From positions 91,409-141,142 of the forward strand of contig CAZPQJ010000003.1 of NCBI GenBank assembly GCA_964588955.1: a stretch of DNA of 49,734 bases, read 5' to 3'. Below the pieces are notes generated by a model, which searched no databases, was not told the origin of the DNA, and saw only the letters and a list, made by a program, of their open reading frames with translations. Shown one piece after another: positions 1 through 7,782 of the stretch (its first letter is position 1; every line of letters begins with the position of its first letter). A program made the translations under genes and the position numbers. This DNA is from an uncultured Gammaproteobacteria bacterium. Lineage in GTDB: Bacteria; Patescibacteriota; Patescibacteriia; UBA9934; CAMTUG01.

Positions 1-143
1 GTCACCGACAAAGCCAAAAAGTAATCCCCTTGCGCCGCCTTGCCGATTTGGTTGGCAACAAGCGTAAAGTAAACAAAAGCAATCGCCTTTTGAGCGACGG
101 AAGCCACAGTTAAATAAAGCGTATTCCTGGCCAGTGTCGACAT
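1..143 (-). CDS. Partial CDS (first 47 codons; continues past the left window edge): MOP/Wzx-like polysaccharide flippase membrane protein
   Basis: Hand translation from ATG at 143-141 gives MSTLARNTLYLTVASVAQKAIAFVYFTLVANQIGKAAQGDYFLALSVT. This hydrophobic N-terminus is typical of flippase-family proteins. It is too short to appear in the ORF track. Confidence 0.45.
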   Translation of the reverse strand, partial: MSTLARNTLYLTVASVAQKAIAFVYFTLVANQIGKAAQGDYFLALSV

Positions 144-164
144 ACCCGCGCCGCGTTAGAACAA

Positions 165-190
165 TCAAAAGGAGAGCCTTTCGGCTCCCC
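165..190 (-). terminator. Stem-loop plus T-run (GGGGAGCC-GAAA-GGCTCTCC-TTTT on the minus strand)
   Basis: 8-bp stem (one G.U pair) at 171-178/183-190, 4-nt loop, T4 tail on the minus strand. It lies downstream of the 381..1685 gene. Confidence 0.45.
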
Positions 191-380
191 AATTGTACAT
201 GACGTTTAACGCTTCGACCACTGTGCTAAGAAACCAACAAGACAAATCTGGGATAGTACAGAGGGGGTCAAAACAAAGCACTCAACCCAAAAGACGTAAA
301 TAGACGTAAAATAAGAAAATTGCTAACTTAAGCAAATATAATGGATTTTTTAAATAGTTATATTCAAACTATGAAATAAG

Positions 381-1685
381 CTAGGCCCAAAAAGGTAGGT
401 AAGAAGCAAACTTTCTGGACCTGCTTGATGGATCAGATGGCTTTAGTAAGCCCGCATCTACAGTGTCATTTATAATCTTGGTGGCGAGAGACTTTTGTTT
501 TTCTGTTAAAGTGAACCTTTCTCGAACAGTTTCATTTGTAGTTTTTTCGCCAGACACAGTTCGTAGAGAGCAATGCAAGTAGCAGGCGCGTATGCGATCG
601 GCCTTATCCATCAACGCGAGTGGGCGCGGAGAAAATAAAGCGGCACAAGTATGTGTTGACTGAGCAGAAAATTTTGGTGCGGGCAATTGATATAATTCAA
701 CATTAAATAAGACACGATCGATACCCTGCCCCTTTTCTTCGCAGATCCCCGCACGCCTCATCAGCGCTGCCAGCATTTCATTTCTTGATACGGGTGCTTG
801 GTCGAGGAATCTATCCGTACTAATAAGTGGAGTGCCAGGATTAATTATCTCCAATCTATCAGCAAAGACTTCCACAGTTGGTCCTGTGCCTGCAACAAAA
901 AAATCTTGGTGAATTAACGCATTTGCAAGCAACTCGCGTACAGCAATAGGTGGGTACATTTTATGCTCTTTCCGTAGCGCTCTTCCTATCTCTTCATTAG
1001 CAGGAAGCCGATCATTTATATAGGCCAGTACTTCCTCGAAATCGGCAGCATAGCCTCTGCTGCTTAAGCGTTCTACAGAGGTTCGCACACGACTCTTTCC
1101 TTCATAAAAAATTACCCGGAGCGCCTTTCGTGCAATCCCCGTAAAACTAGAAAGTTCTTTTGCAAATAATATGGCTCCCAAATTTGTAACATCAAACAAG
1201 TCATCACGCGGCACAACAACTTTTTCTTCAGCCAACCTCTGTAGGATACCCTCTTTATCAGCTGGAAGAGGATGCTTTAGTAACTCGAAATATTTCGGAT
1301 AGTCGAGTAAACGTAAGACACTGTCTCCATCCACATTTGGAAAAGCAATCTCGGTTTCAAAACACCTTCCTTTTGAATTTTTCCAAATCAATTTTTCTTT
1401 TTCTGGATATTCTCTTAATTTTTTACAATAGCTACCTACTCGAATCCATGCCGTCCAAACGTTGTTTGAGTCCCTAAATTCAACCGGCCTATCAATTGCT
1501 GCCTGAATTCTAATAACGCACAATTGATTTCCCTTATACTTAAATTCAAAAAAGGTAATGTCGACACGCGGTTCAAATTTACGTAGCAACCAGTTTTCAA
1601 ACTCTTCCCCTCCAATCTTAAATCCTGCAGGAGAAAAAGTTGTCCCAATAACGTCATGATCAGTATCACTAATACCAAAAATCAT
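381..1685 (-). CDS. AlbA_2 (Schlafen-type) DNA-binding domain plus HATPase_c_4-like ATP-binding protein ('putative transcriptional regulator / RecG-like' family); the N-terminus appears frameshifted
   Basis: 434-aa ORF. The in-frame region upstream of the Met reads ...SGFEFKVNNGEPNGIGETLSALSNGANILGEEYGY-MIFGISDTDHDVIGT, which is the AlbA_2 core. The C-terminal part (ANALIHQDF...GTPL...RNEMLAALMRRAGICEEKGQGIDRV) is HATPase_c_4-like. Low GC. Confidence 0.75.
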   Translation of the reverse strand: MIFGISDTDHDVIGTTFSPAGFKIGGEEFENWLLRKFEPRVDITFFEFKYKGNQLCVIRIQAAIDRPVEFRDSNNVWTAWIRVGSYCKKLREYPEKEKLIWKNSKGRCFETEIAFPNVDGDSVLRLLDYPKYFELLKHPLPADKEGILQRLAEEKVVVPRDDLFDVTNLGAILFAKELSSFTGIARKALRVIFYEGKSRVRTSVERLSSRGYAADFEEVLAYINDRLPANEEIGRALRKEHKMYPPIAVRELLANALIHQDFFVAGTGPTVEVFADRLEIINPGTPLISTDRFLDQAPVSRNEMLAALMRRAGICEEKGQGIDRVLFNVELYQLPAPKFSAQSTHTCAALFSPRPLALMDKADRIRACYLHCSLRTVSGEKTTNETVRERFTLTEKQKSLATKIINDTVDAGLLKPSDPSSRSRKFASYLPFWA

Positions 1686-1779
1686 GTAGCCGTACTCTTC
1701 TCCAAGAATATTCGCTCCGTTTGATAGCGCGGATAAAGTCTCTCCTATTCCATTTGGTTCACCGTTATTAACCTTAAAT

Positions 1780-1851
1780 TCAAACCCACTCAGTTTCTTT
1801 GGGTAGTTTACGAAAACGGTCTATTTGCTTACAGAGCTCCTCGTCTGTCAT
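1780..1851 (-). pseudogene. Detached 23-codon N-terminal fragment of the AlbA_2 gene, in a different frame
   Basis: ATG at 1851 gives MTDEELCKQIDRFRKLPKETEWV*. Removing one T from the GGGTTT run (plus-strand 1782-1787) yields KETEWVEFKVNN, the canonical E-x-E-x-V-EFK start of AlbA_2 domains, fused in frame to 381..1685. Confidence 0.6.
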
Positions 1852-1994
1852 ATGGTTACTTTAAAGTTTACCCCACCAAGAAGCTTTAGCCCAGTGGCAA
1901 TCCGCCATTTTGCAAAAAAACTTTCCTATCTCAAAATTCAAGTTAGCCAAAATTGGCTCCTTGATGTCGTAAAACACCTTTTACTGTGATGAAT

Positions 1995-2030
1995 CAGAAA
2001 CAAAGAAGACCCCGTAAAAACGAGGCCTTC
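1995..2030 (-). terminator. Rho-independent terminator after rpsI
   Basis: Minus strand reads GAAGGCCTCG-TTTTTA-CGGGGTCTTC-TTTGTTTCTG: a 10-bp stem (two G.U pairs) followed by a U-rich tail, 35 nt after the rpsI stop. Confidence 0.7.
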
Positions 2031-2064
2031 CGTATCTTGTGTCTGTTTGTGCTTGCCTAGAGGA

Positions 2065-2469
2065 CTAACGCTTCGACCACTGTGGCGAGCGGCGGGCGGA
2101 ACGTTTGCCCGGCTTCTTGCGTTCGCGGCGTCGGGAATCGCGGGTCATCAATCCTTCTTTCTTCAAACTCGATTTGACGTCAGCATCTTCAAGCAACAAC
2201 GCGCGGCTAATGCCCAAGCGTACAGCTTCGGCTTGGCCGGTGATGCCACCGCCTTCAGCTTTAACACTAATATTGAACGATTCTTTGCGTCCAGCGATCG
2301 TCAAAGGAGCGATGACTTTCTCCTGGAGTTTGGCCAGGGGGAAGTAGTCCTTCATTTCCTTACCGTTAACCACAATTTTGCCTTTGCCTGGGTAGAGGCG
2401 CACGCGAGCAATAGCGGTTTTGCGGCGACCGACGGCTTCTGAGTATTTTCCTTCAAAAGTAACTTCCAT
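2065..2469 (-). CDS. rpsI: 30S ribosomal protein S9
   Basis: 134 aa with AVGRRKTAIARVRL...GGGITGQAEAVRLGISRAL and a C-terminal KKPGKRSARRSPQWSKR. Confidence 0.97.
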   Translation of the reverse strand: MEVTFEGKYSEAVGRRKTAIARVRLYPGKGKIVVNGKEMKDYFPLAKLQEKVIAPLTIAGRKESFNISVKAEGGGITGQAEAVRLGISRALLLEDADVKSSLKKEGLMTRDSRRRERKKPGKRSARRSPQWSKR

Positions 2470-2472
2470 AGA

Positions 2473-2820
2473 CTATTTGACCGTCAACCGCTTCATGCGG
2501 CCGGTGTGCAACTTATTTTTTGGCATCATGTTACGAACAGCGATACGCAACACTTCGGCCGGGTCTTTGTCCCAAATATTCTGCAACGTTTTGGTTTGCA
2601 AGCTTCCTGGACGACCGGTGTGATGGTAGTACAATTTGTCGCTCATCTTTTTGGCAGGAATCGCCAAAAGTTTCACGTTTTCGACCACAATAGCGTCACC
2701 CATGTCGATGTGGGTTTCGTAAGTGGCTTTGTGCTTCCCCATCAATGTTTTGGCGATTTGCGTAGCCAAACGTCCGAGGGATTTGCCGGTGGCGTCGATG
2801 GTGATGGTCGTGCGTTCCAT
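2473..2820 (-). CDS. rplM: 50S ribosomal protein L13 (short, 115 aa)
   Basis: The internal Met MERTTITIDATGKSLGRLATQIA matches the L13 N-terminus. The ATG at 2820 sits 1 nt after the rplQ stop; the longer track ORF (to 2883) would overlap rplQ. Confidence 0.93.
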   Translation of the reverse strand: MERTTITIDATGKSLGRLATQIAKTLMGKHKATYETHIDMGDAIVVENVKLLAIPAKKMSDKLYYHHTGRPGSLQTKTLQNIWDKDPAEVLRIAVRNMMPKNKLHTGRMKRLTVK

Positions 2821-2821
2821 A

Positions 2822-3175
2822 TTAAACAAATTCAATTTGCACCATTTGTGCCCCGTCCCCTTTGCGCGGGCCCATTTTGACAATGCGTGTATAACCTCCG
2901 GCGCGAGTCTTGTAGCGCGGAGAAAGAACTTCCAAAATCTTTTTCACCGGCAACTCCTGTCCTCCAAAGTAGCTCAACAGTTCGCGTCGGTTATGAAGGG
3001 TGGCTTCTTTGCCGCGGGTAACCAAGCGTTCAACCAACGGTTTGATCGCTTTGGCGCGAGCCTCGGTTGTTTGTACTTTTTCGTACAACACAACGTCCAT
3101 CGCCAAACCTTTTAACAAGGCGTTGCGTGGGCCAGCTTCACGGTCAAGGATGGTGCCAGAATTGCGGTGTCGCAT
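2822..3175 (-). CDS. rplQ: 50S ribosomal protein L17
   Basis: 117 aa starting MRHRNSGTILDREAGPRNALLKGLA, with GGYTRIVKMGPRKGDGAQMV. Confidence 0.96.
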   Translation of the reverse strand: MRHRNSGTILDREAGPRNALLKGLAMDVVLYEKVQTTEARAKAIKPLVERLVTRGKEATLHNRRELLSYFGGQELPVKKILEVLSPRYKTRAGGYTRIVKMGPRKGDGAQMVQIEFV

Positions 3176-3178
3176 AGA

Positions 3179-3880
3179 TTATTCTTTGGGGCCGTTCAAT
3201 TTCTCGGCGATCAAGTTATAGTGATCAAGCAAAATGGCCACCGATTGTTTAACAGCTTCTTCTGGGGTAATGCTGCCGTCGGTCTCAATCTTCATGGTCA
3301 ATTTGTCGTAGTCGGTGATTTCGCCCACGCGGGTTGGCTCCACTTTGAATCCAACGTTGCGCACAGGGGAAAACAAGGAGTCAATGGCGATCAAACCAAT
3401 TTCACCCGACGGTTCGCGCTCTTCGGTTGGCGAGTAACCACGGCCGCGGCCAATCGTGATCTCCATTTCAAAGTCGCTCTTGTCATCGGTCAAAGTAGCG
3501 ATTTGCAAATCTTTGTTCATGATCTCGACATCGGCGTTGGAGTCAAAATCCGCAGCTGTTACCTCTCCCTTTCCTGTTTTTTTCAAGGTCAGCTTGACTG
3601 GCGACTCGCTATGACACTTCAAACGCAATCCCTTCAAGTTAAGAATCACCGTCAGAGCATCCTCGAGCACTCCTGGAATGGCAGTGAATTCGTGTTGAAC
3701 CCCCTTGATTTTGACCGCCGTTACCGCCGCTCCCGGTAAGGAGGACAATAACACACGGCGCAGCGCATTTCCGATCGTGCGTCCATACCCGTAGAAAAAC
3801 GGTTCGATCACCAAGGTGGCCTCGGCTTGTGTGGCGCCAGGTTCGAAGGTCATCGACGATGGAAGCAAAATATTCTCCAT
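3179..3880 (-). CDS. rpoA: DNA-directed RNA polymerase alpha subunit, N-terminal domain only (233 aa)
   Basis: Contains GNALRRVLLSSLPGAAVTAVKIKGVQHEF and GRGRGY. It ends at ETDGSITPEEAVKQSVAILLDHYNLIAEKLNGPKE, which aligns to about residue 245 of E. coli alpha. rplQ starts 4 nt later. Confidence 0.93.
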   Translation of the reverse strand: MENILLPSSMTFEPGATQAEATLVIEPFFYGYGRTIGNALRRVLLSSLPGAAVTAVKIKGVQHEFTAIPGVLEDALTVILNLKGLRLKCHSESPVKLTLKKTGKGEVTAADFDSNADVEIMNKDLQIATLTDDKSDFEMEITIGRGRGYSPTEEREPSGEIGLIAIDSLFSPVRNVGFKVEPTRVGEITDYDKLTMKIETDGSITPEEAVKQSVAILLDHYNLIAEKLNGPKE

Positions 3881-3882
3881 AC

Positions 3883-4500
3883 TTATGTTCGCGAGTAAAA
3901 CTCCACGATCAACTTTGGATCAAAGACCGTTTTAAGATCTTCCCCCTCTGGGATGGAAATAATTTTTCCTGAAAGTTTAGCTGCGTCTAAGGTCAACCAG
4001 GCCGGTAACTGAACAGCTTGAAGACGTGCAGCAATGTCGGAGAGCAATCCTTTTTTCTGTTTCGATTCACGCACAGAAACGACCTCACCCACTTTGCAGT
4101 GGTAAGACGGGATATCTACCTTTTTGCCGTTTACTTCTACAAATCCATGACTCACCATTTGGCGGGACTGGCGGCGGGTCTTGGCCAACCCGAGACGATA
4201 GACAACGTTGTCTAAGCGGGTTTCCAACATTTGAATCATGAAAATACCGGTATCGCCCTGCTTTTTGGTAGCTGCCGCAAAGTAATTTCGGAACTGCGTC
4301 TCCATGATGTTGTAGAGGCGCTTGGCTTTTTGTTTTTCGCGCAACTGGATTCCGTAACCGGAAAGGCGAGATTTTCCCGCTGTTGGTCCATGGACACCTG
4401 GCGGGAACGGACGGCGCTTAAAGGCGCATTTCTCTTTTCCGCAAAGGGAAACTCCTTCACGGCGGCACATTTTACACGTGGCTTTCAATGTCTTTCCCAT
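3883..4500 (-). CDS. rpsD: 30S ribosomal protein S4
   Basis: 205 aa with an N-terminal zinc-type CKMCRREGVSLCGKEKC and an S4 domain (LDNVVYRLGLAKTRRQSRQMVSHG). Confidence 0.96.
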   Translation of the reverse strand: MGKTLKATCKMCRREGVSLCGKEKCAFKRRPFPPGVHGPTAGKSRLSGYGIQLREKQKAKRLYNIMETQFRNYFAAATKKQGDTGIFMIQMLETRLDNVVYRLGLAKTRRQSRQMVSHGFVEVNGKKVDIPSYHCKVGEVVSVRESKQKKGLLSDIAARLQAVQLPAWLTLDAAKLSGKIISIPEGEDLKTVFDPKLIVEFYSRT

Positions 4501-4504
4501 AGAT

Positions 4505-4963
4505 TTACATGCGGCGGCGACCGGCTAAGCGGCAACCATTATGCGGGGTTGGTGTTTGATCTTTAATGGAAAGGACGTTGAATCCGTTGGCGTTTAAGGC
4601 GCGCACCGCGGCATCGCGTCCCCCACCAATTCCAGAAACGTATACAGAAACTTCTTTCAATCCGTAATCAGCAACTTTTTCAGCTACCGTCTTTACAACC
4701 GTGCTTGCAGCATACGGTGTAGCCTTTTTTGGACCCGTGAAACCACAATGACCGGAACTTGCCCAAGCGAGGGTGTTGCCGTTCAAATCGGTTAAGGTAA
4801 CGATCGTATTGTTATACGTCGATTGGATATAGGCACGACCTTGTGGAACTTTGCGGGTAATCGCTTTTTTCCCTGGGGTTTTGCGTGCTTTGGTCTTCTT
4901 ATCTCCCTTGACTTCAGAAGCGGCTTCAGGGGCGGCTTCCGTTTTTTTGATTTCTTCTTCCAT
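4505..4963 (-). CDS. rpsK: 30S ribosomal protein S11, with a Lys/Glu-rich N-terminal extension of about 30 aa
   Basis: 152 aa with GRAYIQSTYNNTIVTLTDLNGNTLAWASSG...GGGRDAAVRAL. Confidence 0.95.
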   Translation of the reverse strand: MEEEIKKTEAAPEAASEVKGDKKTKARKTPGKKAITRKVPQGRAYIQSTYNNTIVTLTDLNGNTLAWASSGHCGFTGPKKATPYAASTVVKTVAEKVADYGLKEVSVYVSGIGGGRDAAVRALNANGFNVLSIKDQTPTPHNGCRLAGRRRM

Positions 4964-4970
4964 ACGTTGA

Positions 4971-5357
4971 TTAGGTCTTGGTCAAGATGCGGCGTCCCGA
5001 ACGCATGGTCTTACGGACGTTTCCGCGCGACGTGCGCGAATTGGTCTTGGTGCGCTGTCCGCGCGCCGGTAAGCGTTTGGCGTGACGGCTGCCACGATAG
5101 GACAAGATTTCTTTTAAGCGCTTGATGTTGGCCTGAACGTCACGGCGCAACTCCCCTTCTACACGGAACCCTTTTTCCACCAAATCACGCACTTTATTAA
5201 CCTGTTCTTCGGTCAAGTCTTTGACTCGGATCGACGGATCGACCCCAGCTTTGGTGGTGATCTCTTTCGAACGCGTGTCTCCGATACCAAAAATGTAGGT
5301 CAGGGCAGTTCCGACTTGTTTGTTCGTTGGGATAGTGACTCCGGCAATACGTGCCAT
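4971..5357 (-). CDS. rpsM: 30S ribosomal protein S13
   Basis: 128 aa starting MARIAGVTIPTNKQVGTALTYIFGIG. Confidence 0.96.
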   Translation of the reverse strand: MARIAGVTIPTNKQVGTALTYIFGIGDTRSKEITTKAGVDPSIRVKDLTEEQVNKVRDLVEKGFRVEGELRRDVQANIKRLKEILSYRGSRHAKRLPARGQRTKTNSRTSRGNVRKTMRSGRRILTKT

Positions 5358-5382
5358 AGCAGAAAAAATTCTCGTGATCTAA

Positions 5383-5496
5383 TTACCCTTGGCGCTGTTT
5401 GTGCTTTGGGGTTTTGCAAATGACATGGACGCGACCGCGGCGACGGATCACCTGACAATCGCGACACATGGCTTTGACGGATGTTCGTACTTTCAT
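5383..5496 (-). CDS. rpmJ: 50S ribosomal protein L36
   Basis: Hand translation gives [37 protein letters not shown] (37 aa). Not in the ORF track because it is under 60 aa. Confidence 0.93.
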   Translation of the reverse strand: MKVRTSVKAMCRDCQVIRRRGRVHVICKTPKHKQRQG

Positions 5497-5554
5497 ACAT
5501 CTAATATATCGTGTAACTGCAGAAACTGGATGAAGTGCGACGTGTCGGAGCCGC

Positions 5555-5595
5555 GAACATCGTGAGGCGTAGACGACCTACGTCGAACGATGTTC
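5555..5595 (-). other. 41-nt imperfect hairpin in the infA-rpmJ spacer
   Basis: GAACATCGT (5555-5563) pairs perfectly with ACGATGTTC (5587-5595). An inner CGTAG/CTACG stem lies at 5568-5572/5578-5582. No U-tract follows. Confidence 0.5.
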
Positions 5596-5630
5596 AAGGC
5601 GAGACACGAGCAGTTCGCCAGTTTATGAAG

Positions 5631-5858
5631 TTACAAACGGAAAGTCACCCGACCCTTGGTAAGATCGTAAGGACTCATTTCTACTTTTACATGATCACCC
5701 GGCAACACTTTAATGCGGTTCATCCGCATCTTACCGCCTAAGTAGGCAATAATCTCCTGATCGTTATCCAATTTTACGCGTAACGTCGCACCGGGAAGAA
5801 GTTCTAAAACTTCCCCCTCCATTTCGATAAACTGTTTCGAGTCGGAATTGTCGGACAT
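5631..5858 (-). CDS. infA: Translation initiation factor IF-1
   Basis: 75 aa with [64 protein letters not shown]. Confidence 0.96.
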   Translation of the reverse strand: MSDNSDSKQFIEMEGEVLELLPGATLRVKLDNDQEIIAYLGGKMRMNRIKVLPGDHVKVEMSPYDLTKGRVTFRL

Positions 5859-5890
5859 GCGCTCAAAATTGGCTAACTTCAGGCGCCGGT

Positions 5891-5919
5891 ATTCTATCCG
5901 AACGCCTATTGATTGTCAA
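5891..5919 (-). promoter_or_regulatory. Sigma70-type promoter upstream of infA
   Basis: Minus strand reads TTGACA (5919-5914), a 17-nt spacer, then TAGAAT (5896-5891). The ATG lies 32 nt further downstream. Confidence 0.6.
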
Positions 5920-5956
5920 ATGTATTTCCCTACCCTGTGGACGAAAGAAGTTCTTC

Positions 5957-7729
5957 CTACTCCAAAACCGCCTTAATTCTGCGAACTTGAGCGGAGGAAG
6001 CCTCTTCTTTGACAATACGGAAATGCCCCATGGTTCCTGTATGCTCCACATGCGGTCCGCCACAGATTTCAGAGCTGAATAACCCCTTTTGATCATCACC
6101 CACGAAGTAGACTTTGATCTGATCCCCAAGGCTCGCGTACTTGTCTTCAAACAATCCGATCGCTCCACGCGCTTTGGCTTCGGCCACCGTAAGCATCTCA
6201 AAATGCACCGGCAGGTCTTTTTGAATTTGTTCGTTGACAATCGCCTCAACTTTTTTTACCTCTTCATCGGTCATCTTGGCTCCGTGCGAAAAATCAAACC
6301 GCAAACGCTCCTGGGTAATATTCGATCCCATTTGGTGCACATGCTCCCCCAACACCATCCGCAGCGCTTGATGCAGAAGGTGTGTTGCCGTGTGATACTT
6401 GGTAGAAATCTCGGAATGATCGGCTAATCCCCCAGCGAACTTTTGTTCTGAACCCGCACGCGACAAATCTTGATGCTTTTTGAACTCTGCTTCAAAAATG
6501 GATTTATCAACCTCCTGACCTTTCTCTCGCGCAAGCTCCTCAGTGAGTTCCCAAGGGAATCCGTAGGATTGATAAAGATTGAAGGCATCAAGACCACTCA
6601 TGGATTGTTGAGCCGTGAAAATCTTTTCAAACTCTTTCAAGCCCTGATGAAGAGACTTCTCAAATTTTGACGCCTCTTTAAGCGTTTCGTCGTAAATATG
6701 TGCTGCTTTGTCGGCAATCACAGGGTATGCGTCGCTCAAAGTGGCATTAATCGCTTCAAGGATGGGAGGAATGCCGACTTTCATTGCCGTATCGGAATGC
6801 TTCTTCATGTGACGAATCGCTCGACGAATCAGGCGACGAAGAATGTAGCCCTGATCTTTATTCGACGGCAACACACCATCCATGAGCATGATTGAAGCCG
6901 CGCGAAGATGATCAGCCACGATGCGTTCAGAAGCAACGTCCATGGTGCCAAACTGTTTACGGATGACTTCCAGGATCGGAATAAAGGCTTCCGTTTCATA
7001 CACGCTCAGTTTTTTCTGCAAGGCGACGATGGTGCGCTCGAGCCCCATACCCGTGTCCACACTTCCAGCAGCAAGCGGAATAAGCGTGCCGTCTTCTTGC
7101 TTATTAAACTGCATGAACACGTTATTCCAAATCTCCATCCAATCCTTCGGATGCGAGGCTTTATTTCCTCGCGGCGCACCTTCACCGACCCAATAAAAAA
7201 TCTCCGTGTCTGGTCCGCAAGGTCCGGTTTTTCCCGCTGGTCCCCACCAGTTATCTTCTTTTGGTAATTTGGAAATGCGATCAGCAGATACACCATGCCT
7301 CAACCATTCGTTGTAAGCCTCTTCATCGAACGGAGCATTTTCATCGCCAGCAAACACGGTGAATGCCAGGTGATCAAGCGGAATATTGAGCCAGTCGGGA
7401 GAGGTAAGAAACTCAAAACTCCAAGCAATGGATTCCTTCTTGAAGTAGTCGCCGAGCGACCAATTGCCCAGCATGGTAAAAAACGTCAGGTGCGAATCGT
7501 CGCCAACTTCGTCGATGTCCCCGGTGCGAATACAACGTTGATAATCCACGAGACGCTTCCCTGCCGGATGCGGCTGACCCAACAAATACGGTACCAGTGG
7601 ATGCATCCCCGCGGTCGTAAAAAGAACGGTCGGATCATTTTCTGGAACAACCGAGGCGGAAGGTATTTCGACGTGCCCCTTTGACTTGAAGAAATCGAGG
7701 TATTTTTGGCGGAGTTCGTTGGAGGTCAT
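5957..7729 (-). CDS. alaS: Alanine--tRNA ligase, short form (590 aa; catalytic, tRNA-recognition and editing domains; no C-Ala domain)
   Basis: Contains FTTAGM, GNWSLGDYFK, the editing motifs HTATHLLHQALR and CGGPHVEHTG, and ends about 25 aa after the latter. Confidence 0.93.
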   Translation of the reverse strand: MTSNELRQKYLDFFKSKGHVEIPSASVVPENDPTVLFTTAGMHPLVPYLLGQPHPAGKRLVDYQRCIRTGDIDEVGDDSHLTFFTMLGNWSLGDYFKKESIAWSFEFLTSPDWLNIPLDHLAFTVFAGDENAPFDEEAYNEWLRHGVSADRISKLPKEDNWWGPAGKTGPCGPDTEIFYWVGEGAPRGNKASHPKDWMEIWNNVFMQFNKQEDGTLIPLAAGSVDTGMGLERTIVALQKKLSVYETEAFIPILEVIRKQFGTMDVASERIVADHLRAASIMLMDGVLPSNKDQGYILRRLIRRAIRHMKKHSDTAMKVGIPPILEAINATLSDAYPVIADKAAHIYDETLKEASKFEKSLHQGLKEFEKIFTAQQSMSGLDAFNLYQSYGFPWELTEELAREKGQEVDKSIFEAEFKKHQDLSRAGSEQKFAGGLADHSEISTKYHTATHLLHQALRMVLGEHVHQMGSNITQERLRFDFSHGAKMTDEEVKKVEAIVNEQIQKDLPVHFEMLTVAEAKARGAIGLFEDKYASLGDQIKVYFVGDDQKGLFSSEICGGPHVEHTGTMGHFRIVKEEASSAQVRRIKAVLE

Positions 7730-7738
7730 AATGAAGAC

Positions 7739-7767
7739 AGTCTAGCCAATCTGTCTGACTTTATCAA
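7739..7767 (-). promoter_or_regulatory. Sigma70-type promoter placed for a leaderless alaS mRNA
   Basis: Minus strand reads TTGATA (7767-7762), a 17-nt spacer, TAGACT (7744-7739), then 9 nt before the ATG at 7729. Confidence 0.55.
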
Positions 7768-7782
7768 CGGTTAGATGGTCGA

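Noticed and set aside
2047-2442. Plus-strand ORFs opposite the ribosomal protein genes (2047..2442, 2506..2880, 3167..3739 and others), and 5863..6249 (-) overlapping alaS.
   Set aside because: They lie antisense to, or out of frame with, unambiguous ribosomal-protein or alaS genes. Their sequences are not protein-like.
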